This document shows positions 29,071 through 39,551 of a stretch of DNA of 64,000 bases, in pieces. A program made the translations under genes and the position numbers. The stretch is from Acidobacteriota bacterium. Lineage in GTDB: Bacteria > Acidobacteriota > UBA890 > WLXD01. The notes under the pieces are model-generated. The model ran no database searches, was not told where the DNA came from, and was given only the letters and a program-made list of their open reading frames with translations. Every line of letters starts with the position of its first letter. Positions within the stretch are counted from its first letter, which is position 1. The stretch is from NCBI GenBank assembly GCA_965205505.1, contig CBDBHB010000009.1, positions 1-64,000 on the forward strand. The letters are read 5' to 3'.

Positions 29071-29222
29071 CGCAACCGATGGTGGTCAGCCCTAGATGGG
29101 ATTCACGTCCAGATCGCGAATCACCCTTTCTAGGGACCCGCTGGCGGTTACGGGCGGTCAGCCTAGATCGACTTCGCCATCTGGAGGCGAGTCAGCTTTC
29201 TGGGACCCGCCCACTTTTTTTA
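29071..29222 (+). ncRNA. Candidate structured RNA/DNA element: two homologous long hairpins with complementary loops and a terminal T-tract
   Basis: Shared flanks GGTCAGCC(C)TAGAT and CTTTCT(A)GGGACCCGC; loops TCCAGAT and ATCTGGA; TACAAT at 29061; T7 at the end. Confidence 0.5.
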
Positions 29223-29237
29223 TACCGGGCCCGCCGA

Positions 29238-29309
29238 TCAACAGTTTGAGATCAGCAGGAGAACCACGGCGCCAACGAACACCAGCCAGAACAAGCACCC
29301 GCAGGTCAT
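29238..29309 (-). CDS. 23-aa hydrophobic peptide MTCGCLFWLVFVGAVVLLLISNC
   Basis: ATG preceded by GAGGGG; single TM helix. Confidence 0.45.
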   Translation of the reverse strand: MTCGCLFWLVFVGAVVLLLISNC

Positions 29310-29337
29310 AGCCCCTCGGTAGCGAATCGCAGCACGG

Positions 29338-29710
29338 TCAACCCGTACCGAGCTGCGCTTCAGCCACCTCCGCAGCCAGGCGCGCGTCCTCAGCCATCGC
29401 CGCGGCGGCGCCCGCGCCTGGCACCAGATCAGCGCAGCTTTGCGAAGGTCTGGGCCGGTGGCCAAGCTCGGCGCGGAGCTCGTCGCCGCGATTTAACAAC
29501 TCCGCCCTGGCATCCAGCCAGCGCGACGTGCACTCGCGCAGCTCGTCGGCCTGGCGACGTGCCGGACTCGGCCTCGGGCTACCGGCCCCGAGCGCTGCGC
29601 GTACCGAGCTAAATTTCCCAACTTGGGAACTTTCAGGGAATCGCGCGGCAAGCTGCATAAGCCTCGAGGCGGTCGAAGTAGAGATCCCGCGCTCCGCCAG
29701 GCAGGTGCGT
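29338..29710 (-). pseudogene. DUF3102-like phage protein, 5'-truncated
   Basis: LAERGISTSTASRLMQLA helix motif followed by a coiled-coil. Confidence 0.4.
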
Positions 29711-30102
29711 TCAGAGGGTTGGGTTTCTACCTGTCTGGCCGCTTGCGTGCGTCTTGGTCGATTCTGGGGCCTCGTAGGTGGGCGTCGGGTCGATCGCACC
29801 TCTGGCTCGTCAGATACGCTGGACGCGGGTCACCGCCCTTTCGCGCCCTACGACCAAGGTCGCCCTTGGTGTCGCTGTCGGCCATGCTGATGTCGTCGAG
29901 CTGGTCGACCACATTGGCAAGCACCCGGGCCGTGGGCATCATGCAGAGTGCGGACCTTCGACTTGAAGATCCCCTGCTGGCTGAGTGCGCGTGCCCTCGA
30001 ACGTGAATCCGTGCAGCAGGAGCGACCACGGGAGCATCTCGACCTGCTCCTCGAGCCATCGAAAAGCAGCGAGCCGCAGGCGAGAATCGACATCTGACGG
30101 GC

Positions 30103-30763
30103 TCATGGTCCGGCCACCGGGTCATCATGCTCAGCCACATGGCGGATCGTGGGGGAGCGTTCCGGGGGACGAAACACCTCGCGTCGGTGCCAGGCGAGGT
30201 GACGTGGGTCGGGGAGCAACTCCCGCGACTGGGGCGGCCACACCGCAGTCTCATGCTGCTCGAGCAGCCAACGTGCGATCCAGCTCGTGCCGTGGAGCTC
30301 CATCGAGACGAGAACGCGCAGATCGTCGTTCACAGTAATCCCGCCTCGGTCGAAGACCTTGTGATGAAGCGTGCAGAGCGCGAGTCCATTGGGCACAGTG
30401 TCTGGCCCGCCGTTCTGTTTCCAGCGGATGTGGGCAGCCTCGAGCGCGACATCCTGAGTGCCGAGCCGAAGATCAAGACCGCAGATCGCACAGCGATGCT
30501 CGTAGGCTCGGACCACGTCGCTGCGAAACCTTGGGTCACGTCGCCGTCGGGGGCCGCCGGCGGAGTCTCCAAACGAAATCCCGACCGCAGACAAGATGTC
30601 GTCGTGCACGGTCTCCGGGAAGTGTCCCTCGAGCAGCGCGGTGGTTACATCGCGGAAGAGCGCCGCGTCCCTCTTCAGGGCCTTGTAGACCTTAGGCGTA
30701 AACCCGCCTGAGACGTCGTGCTCGATCAGCTCGCTCTTGAGAGCGTCTGTATTGCTGGCTCTG
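30103..30763 (-). pseudogene. Phosphorothioate-dependent-type HNH restriction endonuclease, N-terminus removed at the IS3 junction
   Basis: GGF..LLEGHFPETVHDDIL; RDPRFR.DVVRAYEHRCAICG; LEAAHIRW..GGPD..NGLALC.LHHKVFDRG. Confidence 0.8.
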
Positions 30764-32136
30764 TGGGCCTCCCCCGATTTCCCGGACACCTTTGGAAGCC
30801 CGATAATGGGCTCGGAGGTGAAGCATGGGGTCACGACGGCGGTACAGTCGCGAGTTCAAGATTGAGGCAGTGAGGATGGTGACGCAGCTGGGCCATCCGG
30901 TGTCTGAGGTGGCCCGGGATCTGGGTGTTGGCCGCGGCATGTTGACCAAGTGGCGCAAACAGCTCCAGGAGCAGGGGGTCACGGCGTTTCCGGGCGCGGG
31001 GAAGATGCCCGACCAGGACCTGGACGGGCAACAGCTACGGCGGGACGTGCGGCGAGTACGGCAGGTGCGCGACATTCTAAAAAAAGCGTTGGCGATCTTC
31101 TCGGAACGCCCGCGATGAAGTACCCGATCATCAAGCAACTGTCCGGCAAGTTCCCGGTGCGGCGGTTGTGCAAGATGCTCGAGGTGTCTCACGGCGGTTA
31201 CTACGAGTGGCGAGGAAGGGGGCCGAGCCCGAGAGCGCGAGAAGATCGCCGTCTACGTGTGCAGATCAGAGCTGCATTCCGAGAGAGCCGCGACCGTTAC
31301 GGAAGTCCGCGCATCCACAAGCAACTTCGGCAACGAGGGATCCGCTGCTCTCGCAAGCGGGTAGCTCGGCTGATGCGCCAGGAAGGACTTCGAGCTCGCC
31401 AACCCCGTCGGTTCCGGGTGACAACACGGCCCACACCTGGCCGGTCAGCGGCGCCCAACGTGCTGGCACGGCGCTTCACGGTGGATGCCGTGGACAGCGT
31501 CTGGGTGGGCGACCTGACATACCTGTGGACGCAGGAAGGATGGCTATACCTGGCCGTGGTGATGGATCTGTGCTCGCGACGGATCATCGGCTGGGCGGTG
31601 AGCGAGACGATGACGGACGATTTGACGCTGGCGGTCCTGGATCAGGCCTTGGAGCAACGCCGTCCCGGTTCCGGAGTGCTCCATCACAGCGACCGCGGCA
31701 GCCAGTACAGCAGCGACGATTACCTAGACAAGCTGCGTGACCGTGGCTTCACCATCAGCATGAGCAGGAAAGGAGACTGCTGGGATAACGCGCCGATGGA
31801 GAGTTTCTTCTCTACCCTGAAGTTCCAACTCGGTGGCTGCTTCAGTTCCCGGGCGGCGGCCCGAGCCGAGTTGTTCCACTACATCGAAGTGTTCTACAAC
31901 CGGGCTCGCATGCACACCTCGATCGGAGACCAGAGTCCGGCTCAGTTCGAGGCGGCAATGCGGCGGCCAGGCCAGAGCGGCCAATCAGCTGTGGAAGCTG
32001 ACGCGCCCGTGGAAATCGACTCCCGATTTCCACCGTCGCTTGGACAACGCTCCGCGTTGCCAACAGCTCCCACAGCCGCTAATACGACTACGACAATGGA
32101 TCTTAACTAAGTGTCCGGGAAAGCGGGGCAAGGTCA
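30764..32136 (+). mobile_element. IS3-family element (orfA 30825-31118, orfB to 32110)
   Basis: 26-bp terminal IRs (21/26 match; TG...CA), A7G slippery site at 31079, DDE motifs (WVGD, HSDRGSQY, DNAPMESFF). No target duplication. Confidence 0.95.
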
Positions 32137-32735
32137 GACTGGCTTCGTAGACTGGAAGGGTTTGCTACGCGACGTGGCGGACGAACTTGGGCTAGACGTG
32201 GACACGGAATCTGATCTCGTAGCTGTGGCCCAATACCACGTCAACAAAGCTGGCGGCCGAGCCCGGCGTGACCAGTTGATCATGGACGAGTTCACCGAAG
32301 GCGCCGAACCAGGCGCGGCGCACAAGTACCTCGTTCGGCTGCCGCTCTGGACAGTTTGGACAACGAACTACGATCGGCTACTCGAGGAGGCGTATCGGAA
32401 GCTGCGGAAACGCGCCGATGTGAAAACAACACGCGCGAGCATCGCGCAAACTATGCCGCGCCGCGAAGTCGTCCTGTACAAGATGCACGGGGACGTCCAA
32501 GAGCCTGCGGAAGCAGTTCTCACGAAAGAGGACTACGAGACCTATCTGCCGAAGCGCCAGGCCTTTGTGACTACCCTTGAAGCCGACTTACTCACAAAGA
32601 CATTCCTGTTTTTGGGGTTCAGTTTCTCGGACCCCAACCTCGACTACGTGCTCGCCCGGATACGTGGCTTGCTTGGTGAACACCAGGGCGAACACTTCTG
32701 CATTCTCAAGCAGCCTGGAGACAACAAACCGGAAG
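32137..32735 (+). pseudogene. thsA: Thoeris ThsA-like SIR2 domain fragment
   Basis: DLVAVAQY, LP..T.WTTNYD, YKMHGDV..P.EAVL.K.DYE, TFLFLGFSFSDPNLDY.L.R match the ThsA SIR2 domain as I recall it. Both ends are missing. Confidence 0.75.
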
Positions 32736-32749
32736 GCGGAACTGCACTG

Positions 32750-32925
32750 GCGCTACGTCATTGGGCAAGATCGAGATCGAGAGGCTCCTCGCCGAACGCG
32801 CCATCCAACTCGGAGATAGATTTACCCTGAAGCGGTTCATGGACGAGTTTGCCACTGTCGGTGTGATCCCGGTATCGATGGTGCGCTGGGAGTTGACTGG
32901 GTACGACAACGAGGTGCCGCGTTAG
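32750..32925 (+). pseudogene. DUF885-like C-terminal fragment
   Basis: YVIG-KIEIERLLAERAIQLGDRFTLKRFMDEF...G.IPVSMVRWELTG. Confidence 0.55.
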
Positions 32926-33012
32926 AGCCGGCTGCGTGCCCTACACGCGCCCCGCACGCCGCGAGAAACTTGTGCGCACGGTTGGAGGTACGGTTCAGGG
33001 TACAGTCAAACC

Positions 33013-33440
33013 ATGCCCCGCATAGGCACCTGGAATACCGAATGGGCGAAACTGGGTACTGCGCGCGGCAACCGTGTCAGTGGCGCCTTGGCTGAGCCCG
33101 ATTGCGATGTCCTATGCGCAACGGAGGGGTACGCGGAAATCCTTCCAAGCGGAGGCCATGTCATCGACGCCGGGCCCGACTGGGGCTACCGCCTCACGGA
33201 AGGACGCCGGAAAGTGCTCCTCTGGAGCAAGCGTCCGTGGTCCGTAGTCGATCCCGCCGGCTCCGAAGAGCTCCCCAGCGGGAGGCTCGTGGCAGGGATC
33301 ACACAGACCGACCTTGGCCCGCTGGTGGTGGTTGGCGTGTGCATTCCCTGGCGCGACGCCCGTCGATTGATCACATCGCTCATACGTGTGATTTAGCGCC
33401 GTTCGGCCACATCGGGCTCTGGCCCAAGCGAAGCGCCCGG
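33013..33440 (+). pseudogene. Endonuclease/exonuclease/phosphatase (EEP) family, internally deleted
   Basis: IGTWNTEW, DVLCATE, GVCIPW, then a jump to out-of-frame IDHIAH. Confidence 0.65.
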
Positions 33441-33839
33441 CCACCTTCCGTCCTCCGCCAAGGCGGATCCCGCAAGCCCGCGAAGCTGGAACAGCAGATC
33501 AGGCGATCCCATCCCCGAGTACCAAAGCTATCTGCTCAAGCGTCGAAGGCAACGTTTGGCGATAACCGATTCACCTACCGGCGAGAGTGCTCCAGCTCAG
33601 TGCTCGTTGGCAGCGGGATGTCCTCGCTCGATCTACATGAACTTTCTAGGAGCATGCTAGCGTCGGCGCCGAAGAATCATCGCCGAGTCAACCCCAGCTC
33701 ACTGCGCCGCAAGCCACAGCGGGCAATGCAGTGAATTGGGTCCGGCAACACGGGCTTCCTGACTTGCTCTCTCGGACTCGTCGAGGGCACCGCAAGCCAT
33801 ACGAAAGCAAGGCCAAACTGGTACGGAGGATTCGATGCC

Positions 33840-35765
33840 ATGCAGGAGAATCAGCTAACGTCCGCCGAGGCCACTGTTTACCGGGAGTTCGGGCGCGGCA
33901 AGCCAATTCTGTTCGTGCCGGACGAGTCGTGCGGGTCGCGACCGGGCGCACGGCCCAGCCAAGGAGTGGACTGGGGGCCGGAACGTCAACTGCGGGCTGA
34001 TTTCCTGATTTGGTTGTTGGATATCTCTAGATCCGAACAGCCAATGTCGCCGCAGAGTATCGTGGTCATCGGCGCGCGTATCACCGGCTACCTCGATCTC
34101 TCCGGGAAAGTTCTCCCCATCTCACTAATCCTGCAGGATTGTAGCTTCGAAACCGCCGTCAATCTGAACAGCGCGCGTACCAAGCAGGTAAGCCTCGCTG
34201 GCTCTTGGCTCCCAGGCCTGCTCGCAGACTACGCCCAGGTTGAGGGAATGCTGGATCTCAGCTATGGAACGGAGGGGTTCAACGCGACAGGCAAGGTCAG
34301 CCTGAATGGAGCTATCGTGGATGGTCAGGTGATCTGCCAAGGGCGGGTCGGCCGAGATGCCGACGTGAGCGAGCGCGACTTGGTTCGCGGTGCGAACACG
34401 GTACCCAGTGGGAAAGTTGCCGAGCCCAGCCGAGTCGCGTTTGCCGCGGATGGCCTAAGAGCGCGAGGAGGCGTTCACGTGGGTGGCGAGAAGGGCGTGG
34501 TCTTCGATGGGCAACTACGCTTCATTGGTTGCCGGAGCGATCAATTCCACATCTCCAACGCAAGATTCGTTCACGAGAATGGTACAGCCATATTGGCGCG
34601 GCAGGCCTGGATCGAGGGCTCCTTGGTTCTCGACCGCGTCACAACGAAGGGGCCTGTGTTGCTGGACTCGTGCAATGTAGGGACAGACCTTATCGTCAAG
34701 GGCTGCCGATTCCGCAGGAACGCAAGCTGTGAGAACCACCTGGTCAGCATTTCATTAGGTCTGTTCGGGACCTCGGTAAGTGGGGAGATCAGCGTTAGCG
34801 GCTCAGTCTTCGACGGACAGATCTCGCTTGTCGGCAGCCGGGTTGGCAGAACAGTTCGCCTCGACAATGTCGAAGCATCCTTAGCAAATTCCGAGAGCCC
34901 AGTGTTGCACGCCGACGGCTTGAGGGCTCAGGGGCTTCTTGTGAAAAGGGGTAGTTACATCGGAGGCGCGCAGATCTTGAATGCAAAGCTCGACGACCAA
35001 CTCGTGTTCCGGGACGCCACGCTGGTAGGGGACGGGCGCGACGCCTTATGCATTCAGGGCACTGCCGTTGGGCAATCAATCATCCTGGGCCCCCTGGAGT
35101 GCAAGATATCAGGAGCGGTCGATTTGAGTTGGGCGACTACCCGTGTGTTCGTAGACGACGAAACGGCGTGGCCTGACGAGGGTGAACTCCGCGTCGTGGG
35201 GTTTAGGTACGAGTCGCTCTTACCGCCGAAACTCTTCGATGCTTCCAAGCGTTTGCAGTGGCTAGGCCGCCAGCGAGCCAACCGGCCAGATCTCGGCCCG
35301 TACCGCACTCTGGCCGCGATCTTTCGGGAAGCCAACCGGGCTCCGGAGGCTAGACGGATAATGATCGAGGCAAACCGAAGAGGGCGCACTGGTGGCGCGT
35401 TGAACTGGTGGCGCCGCTTTGCCGATTACTTCGAAGAAGTCACGATCGGGTACGGATACACGCCGTGGCGGGTGCTGTACTGGGTGGCAGGCCTCGCCTT
35501 CCTCGGTACTCTAATACTCTCCTGGGCGGCGTCCTACGGTAGTGTCGTACCCCAAACTGACGTGCCCCCCAGCTACTGGAGTTGGATCCACGCAATCGAC
35601 GAGGTCGTGCCGCTAGTTGACCTCCATATGGCGCGCTATTGGATTCCGATCGAGAACAGCACCGCTGGATTCATAGCTGTCTGGGCAATTCGCGTAATGA
35701 GGCTGAGCGGGTGGCTACTCACAGCCATTTTCGTGGCTGGTGTCACTGGGCTGCTTCGTCGGTGA
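33840..35765 (+). CDS. Beta-solenoid repeat protein with C-terminal membrane domain
   Basis: Repeated G.v.L.GA.i.G.l units; IGYGYTPWR-TM..AIDEVVPLVDL..W-TM..GVTGLLRR. Confidence 0.75.
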   Translation: MQENQLTSAEATVYREFGRGKPILFVPDESCGSRPGARPSQGVDWGPERQLRADFLIWLLDISRSEQPMSPQSIVVIGARITGYLDLSGKVLPISLILQDCSFETAVNLNSARTKQVSLAGSWLPGLLADYAQVEGMLDLSYGTEGFNATGKVSLNGAIVDGQVICQGRVGRDADVSERDLVRGANTVPSGKVAEPSRVAFAADGLRARGGVHVGGEKGVVFDGQLRFIGCRSDQFHISNARFVHENGTAILARQAWIEGSLVLDRVTTKGPVLLDSCNVGTDLIVKGCRFRRNASCENHLVSISLGLFGTSVSGEISVSGSVFDGQISLVGSRVGRTVRLDNVEASLANSESPVLHADGLRAQGLLVKRGSYIGGAQILNAKLDDQLVFRDATLVGDGRDALCIQGTAVGQSIILGPLECKISGAVDLSWATTRVFVDDETAWPDEGELRVVGFRYESLLPPKLFDASKRLQWLGRQRANRPDLGPYRTLAAIFREANRAPEARRIMIEANRRGRTGGALNWWRRFADYFEEVTIGYGYTPWRVLYWVAGLAFLGTLILSWAASYGSVVPQTDVPPSYWSWIHAIDEVVPLVDLHMARYWIPIENSTAGFIAVWAIRVMRLSGWLLTAIFVAGVTGLLRR

Positions 35766-36014
35766 GCTTCTAGAGCTGTTTCGTAAGCGAATCACCATCC
35801 ACGACCGTGAGTTCGCCGCGGTGCAGATAGCTGATGCTGTCGAGGAACAGATACATGACACGGTCTCACCCCGAGGCAGGGGAAGGTCGCTCAGCAATAG
35901 GTGAAGAACAGGACCGCCGCGCCGCGGCGGGCCGCCTGCAGTCCCGCCCTCCGCCTCGCAAATTGGCTAGATCGGCACGCTGCCTCCGGGAGGTCAAGGT
36001 CAGTCGGTCGGGTA

Positions 36015-39000
36015 TCACATCGAGCCGAATCTTGTGGCGACGTACTTGTCGGCATCCTCCTGGGCGAGTCGCACCGTACCGGGGCCGCTGCGGACGTAGA
36101 GATCTCCTTCAACGGCCTTCTCGAGACCCTTCCATCGCAGATACACCGGCTCGAGGCTCCGCTGGCAGCTCACGAGGCAGACGGTCTTGCCCTCGACGAT
36201 CTGCGCCTTGGGATCGATGCAGGTTCCGGCGCGGTCACCGAGGCCATTGCGCACGACCTGGGCCAAGTGCCGCATGAACTTATCGTCGCTGTCGAGGCGG
36301 TCGTGCTCGATGCCGACAACCTTGCGGTCGTCGTCCACGCCGATCAGCAGGTCGCCGCCCTCGGTGTTGAGGAACGCGGCGATACTCTTGAGCGCCGCGT
36401 GGGTGACGCGCTTGTCGTCCTTGCGGTCTTTTCTCAGGTTCCAGCGCAGGCTCGACTTGAACTCGAGCGTCTTGGACTCCCGGAGCTTGAGCAGTTCCTC
36501 TGCTCGTCGGTGCCGCTGGATGTAGTCGTCAAACAGGAAGTTCTTGAGCGCCCGGCCGAAGTCCGCATCGTCGGTGATGCGCTTGTACAGCTCGAAGTTG
36601 GTCTCGACGAACTCCTGGAACTTGTCCTCAACCTTGGGGTCGAAGGTCAGCCGCACGTTCTCGCGCGTGTTCACCCGGGCGCTGGCCTCCAGCCCGTCGT
36701 CCTCTTCCAGGGCCAACCGGATGCGCTCGAGTGCGACGCGGTGCTCAGGGCCGAGCTCTGTGCCGAAGCGCTCGTTGAGCGCCTCGATGATGCGCGAGAG
36801 CGCCTCCAGTTCCTGCGCGCCGGCCCCACTGTGCGGCTTGCTGCCGGCCGGGTCGAGCGGCCAGACCTGCCGCTCCAGCGCGATTGAGCCCTGGCTCGTC
36901 TGCTGGATGCGGAAGGACTCCATGTCGATGTTCTGCTGCACCTCGAGAGGTAACTCCTCACGGCTGGCCGGCAGCAGGCGCCTGAGGTGTCGGGCAAAGA
37001 CGTAGAGCTTCTCCAGGTCGAGGTCGGCGAATCTCAGCACCTGGGACAGGAACGCGTACAGGCGCGCGTAGTCGCTGAGGTCGCCACGGAAGTCGCCTCC
37101 CTCCTCGGGCCCAAGCTCCCCGAAGCGCTGACGCGCCGGCTCCAGCGCCGCGTACAGTCTGTCCTGGGTGCCCTTGGGGTCGAAGTACACCCGCCCGAAG
37201 GCCTCCACGTCGTCGGCCGCGAACACGCCGTAGTTGAGCAGCCTGTCCTGGACTTCGTACAGGAGGTTGGGGTCGGTCTCCTCGGAAAGCAGGGTGGTCT
37301 CGTAGTACGGCTCGAAGGCTTTCCGGATCTCCTCGGCCTCGTTGGCGAAGTCGAGCACCATCGTGCCCTTCTTGCCGGGGTGGGTGCGGTTCAGGCGGGA
37401 CAGCGTCTGGACCGCGTTCACCCCACCGAGCTTCTTGTCCACGTACATCGTGTGCAGCAATGGCTGATCGAATCCGGTCTGGAACTTGCTGGCGACCACC
37501 AGGAAGCGGTACTGAGGCTTGCCGAACTCGTCTGCCGTCTGCCGCTCGCCGATCACTCGCTCCTGCCCGGCGGAGTTCATGCCGGACTCCGTGTAGGAGG
37601 CGCCCTTGTCCTTCACCGTTCCGGAAAAAGCGACGAGCGCCCTGTACGGATGGCCCTTATCGTCCAGATACTGATCCAGAGCGAGCTTGGCCCGCACCGC
37701 GTGCAGGCGTGATCGCGTCACGATCATCGCCTTGGCCCGCCCGCGGATCTCACGTGCGACCTGCGCGGCGAAATGCTCCACGCAGATGGCGATCTTGTCG
37801 CGGATGGCATGCGGGTGCAGCTCGACGAAGGACTTGAGCAGGTACTCCGCCTGACTCTTGTCGTACCGCGGGTCCTGCTCGATCTTTTTCAGCAGGCGCC
37901 AGTAGGCCTTGTAGGTGGTGTAGTTGGCGAGCACGTCGAGGATGAACCTCTCCTGGATCGCCTGGCGCATGCTGTAAAGATGGAAGGGCTCGAACTTCCC
38001 GTCCGGCCGCTTGTGGCCGAACAGCTCCAGCGTCTTGGGCTTCGGGGTCGCCGTGAAGGCGAACGTCGAGAGGTTCGGCTGCCGCCCGCGGCTTTGGATC
38101 TCGTCGAGGACCCGGTTGTCGATCTCCTCTTCGGGGGTCTCCGCGCCCACTTCCTCCTGTTCGGCCTGCTCCAGAGTCCCTGCTCTGAGCACCGCCTTGA
38201 GGCTCTTGGTGCTCTCGCCAGACTGCGAAGAATGGGCCTCGTCCACGATGACTCCGAAGCGCTGACCGGGGAGCTGGCCGATCTGCTCGGCGATCACCGG
38301 GAACTTCTGCAGCGTGGTGACGATGATCGTCCGGCCAGCCTCGAGAGCCTCACGCAGCTGGCGGGAGGTCTGGTCGATGTTTTCCACCACGCCGAGGGTC
38401 TGCTCGAACTGCCGGATGGTGCGCTGCAACTGGCGATCGAGCACCCGCCGATCGGTCACCACGATGACCGAGTCGAACACACGCCGGTCCTCTCGGTCAT
38501 GCAGCACCGAGAGCTGGTGGGCGAGCCAGGCGATCGTGAAGCTCTTGCCGCTGCCCGCAGAGTGCTGGATCAGATAGCGCTCGCCGGTGCCGTGCTCTCG
38601 CGCATGGCGCACAAGGCGGCGCACGCAGTCCAGCTGCTGGTAGCGCGGGAAGATCAGGAAGCGCTTGCCGGTCTTGCGTCCGGCATCGTCCTCCTCCTGC
38701 ACCTCGTGAATGAACTGACGGAGCAGGTCCAGGACACTGTCCCGGGCCCAGATCTGCTCCCACAGGTAGTCGGTCGGAAAGCCCGGACGGGTGGGCGGGA
38801 CCGGTGAATTCCCTGCGCCGCCGAAGCGCCCTTGGTTGAAGGGTAGGAACCGGGTCCCGGGCCCGGACAGCTGCGTCGTCACGAACACCAGCTCCGGGTC
38901 CACGGCGAAGTGGGCAAGGCAGCGCCCGTAGGAGAGGAGCGGCTCCCGGGGGTCACGGTTGTGCCGGTACTGCTGGATGGCGTCCTGCACGTCCTGGCCG

Positions 39001-39551
39001 TTGAGCGGGTTCTTGAGCTCGGCCGTGAAGATGGGGATGCCGTTCAAAAACAGCGCGAGATCGAGGCTCTCCTCGCTCTGCTCGCTGAAGCGAAGCTGGC
39101 GCACCACGGCAAAGAGGTTGGCCGCGTGAAGGCGCTGCAGCTGTTCGTTGAGCCCGCTCGCAGGCCGGAAGTAAGCGAGCCGGAACCTGCAGCCCGAGTC
39201 TTTGACGCCATTGCGGAGTACGTCGAGTGCCCCCCGCCGGCCGATCTCGCGCGACAGCCGGCTCAGGAAGCGCACCTTCACGTGAGCGCCGTGGTGCTGC
39301 TTGAGCTTGTCCCACTCCTTGGGCTGGGTGGCCAGGAGGAAGTCGACGACATCGGACGGAATCAGGCAGAGGCCGCGGTCGTAGTCCTCCGGCCGACGCT
39401 TGCGGTAGCCGCCCGGCACCGGCTCATCGTCGTACTCGGGCGCTGACTCTCCCACGGCCGTCGTATCGTCCGGGCGCGCGCCGATCCCGTTCCGCAGCAG
39501 CGCGTACTCGATCGCCTCCTCGAAGGCCTGCTCGGAGACCTCGGGGCTCAT
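36015..39551 (-). CDS. hsdR: Type I restriction subunit R fused to a C-terminal Schlafen/AlbA_2 domain
   Basis: D..LFLNGIP..AELKN nuclease, QHSAGSGKS, DEAH, FTATP, QTLSRLNR; C-terminal ESKTLEFKSS..SIAAFLNTEGGDLLIGVDD..YVRSG..T. Confidence 0.95.
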   Translation of the reverse strand: MSPEVSEQAFEEAIEYALLRNGIGARPDDTTAVGESAPEYDDEPVPGGYRKRRPEDYDRGLCLIPSDVVDFLLATQPKEWDKLKQHHGAHVKVRFLSRLSREIGRRGALDVLRNGVKDSGCRFRLAYFRPASGLNEQLQRLHAANLFAVVRQLRFSEQSEESLDLALFLNGIPIFTAELKNPLNGQDVQDAIQQYRHNRDPREPLLSYGRCLAHFAVDPELVFVTTQLSGPGTRFLPFNQGRFGGAGNSPVPPTRPGFPTDYLWEQIWARDSVLDLLRQFIHEVQEEDDAGRKTGKRFLIFPRYQQLDCVRRLVRHAREHGTGERYLIQHSAGSGKSFTIAWLAHQLSVLHDREDRRVFDSVIVVTDRRVLDRQLQRTIRQFEQTLGVVENIDQTSRQLREALEAGRTIIVTTLQKFPVIAEQIGQLPGQRFGVIVDEAHSSQSGESTKSLKAVLRAGTLEQAEQEEVGAETPEEEIDNRVLDEIQSRGRQPNLSTFAFTATPKPKTLELFGHKRPDGKFEPFHLYSMRQAIQERFILDVLANYTTYKAYWRLLKKIEQDPRYDKSQAEYLLKSFVELHPHAIRDKIAICVEHFAAQVAREIRGRAKAMIVTRSRLHAVRAKLALDQYLDDKGHPYRALVAFSGTVKDKGASYTESGMNSAGQERVIGERQTADEFGKPQYRFLVVASKFQTGFDQPLLHTMYVDKKLGGVNAVQTLSRLNRTHPGKKGTMVLDFANEAEEIRKAFEPYYETTLLSEETDPNLLYEVQDRLLNYGVFAADDVEAFGRVYFDPKGTQDRLYAALEPARQRFGELGPEEGGDFRGDLSDYARLYAFLSQVLRFADLDLEKLYVFARHLRRLLPASREELPLEVQQNIDMESFRIQQTSQGSIALERQVWPLDPAGSKPHSGAGAQELEALSRIIEALNERFGTELGPEHRVALERIRLALEEDDGLEASARVNTRENVRLTFDPKVEDKFQEFVETNFELYKRITDDADFGRALKNFLFDDYIQRHRRAEELLKLRESKTLEFKSSLRWNLRKDRKDDKRVTHAALKSIAAFLNTEGGDLLIGVDDDRKVVGIEHDRLDSDDKFMRHLAQVVRNGLGDRAGTCIDPKAQIVEGKTVCLVSCQRSLEPVYLRWKGLEKAVEGDLYVRSGPGTVRLAQEDADKYVATRFGSM

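Noticed and set aside
29071-29152. Integron attC site or lambda-like cos (GGTTACGGGCGG)
   Set aside because: The ends do not fit RYYYAAC/GTTRRRY and there is no integron integrase. The cos similarity is short and lacks cosQ/cosB context.
32111-32830. Functional Thoeris system
   Set aside because: The ORF start comes from the IS end, the SIR2 N-terminal motif and the SLOG domain are missing, and no TIR (thsB) gene is present.
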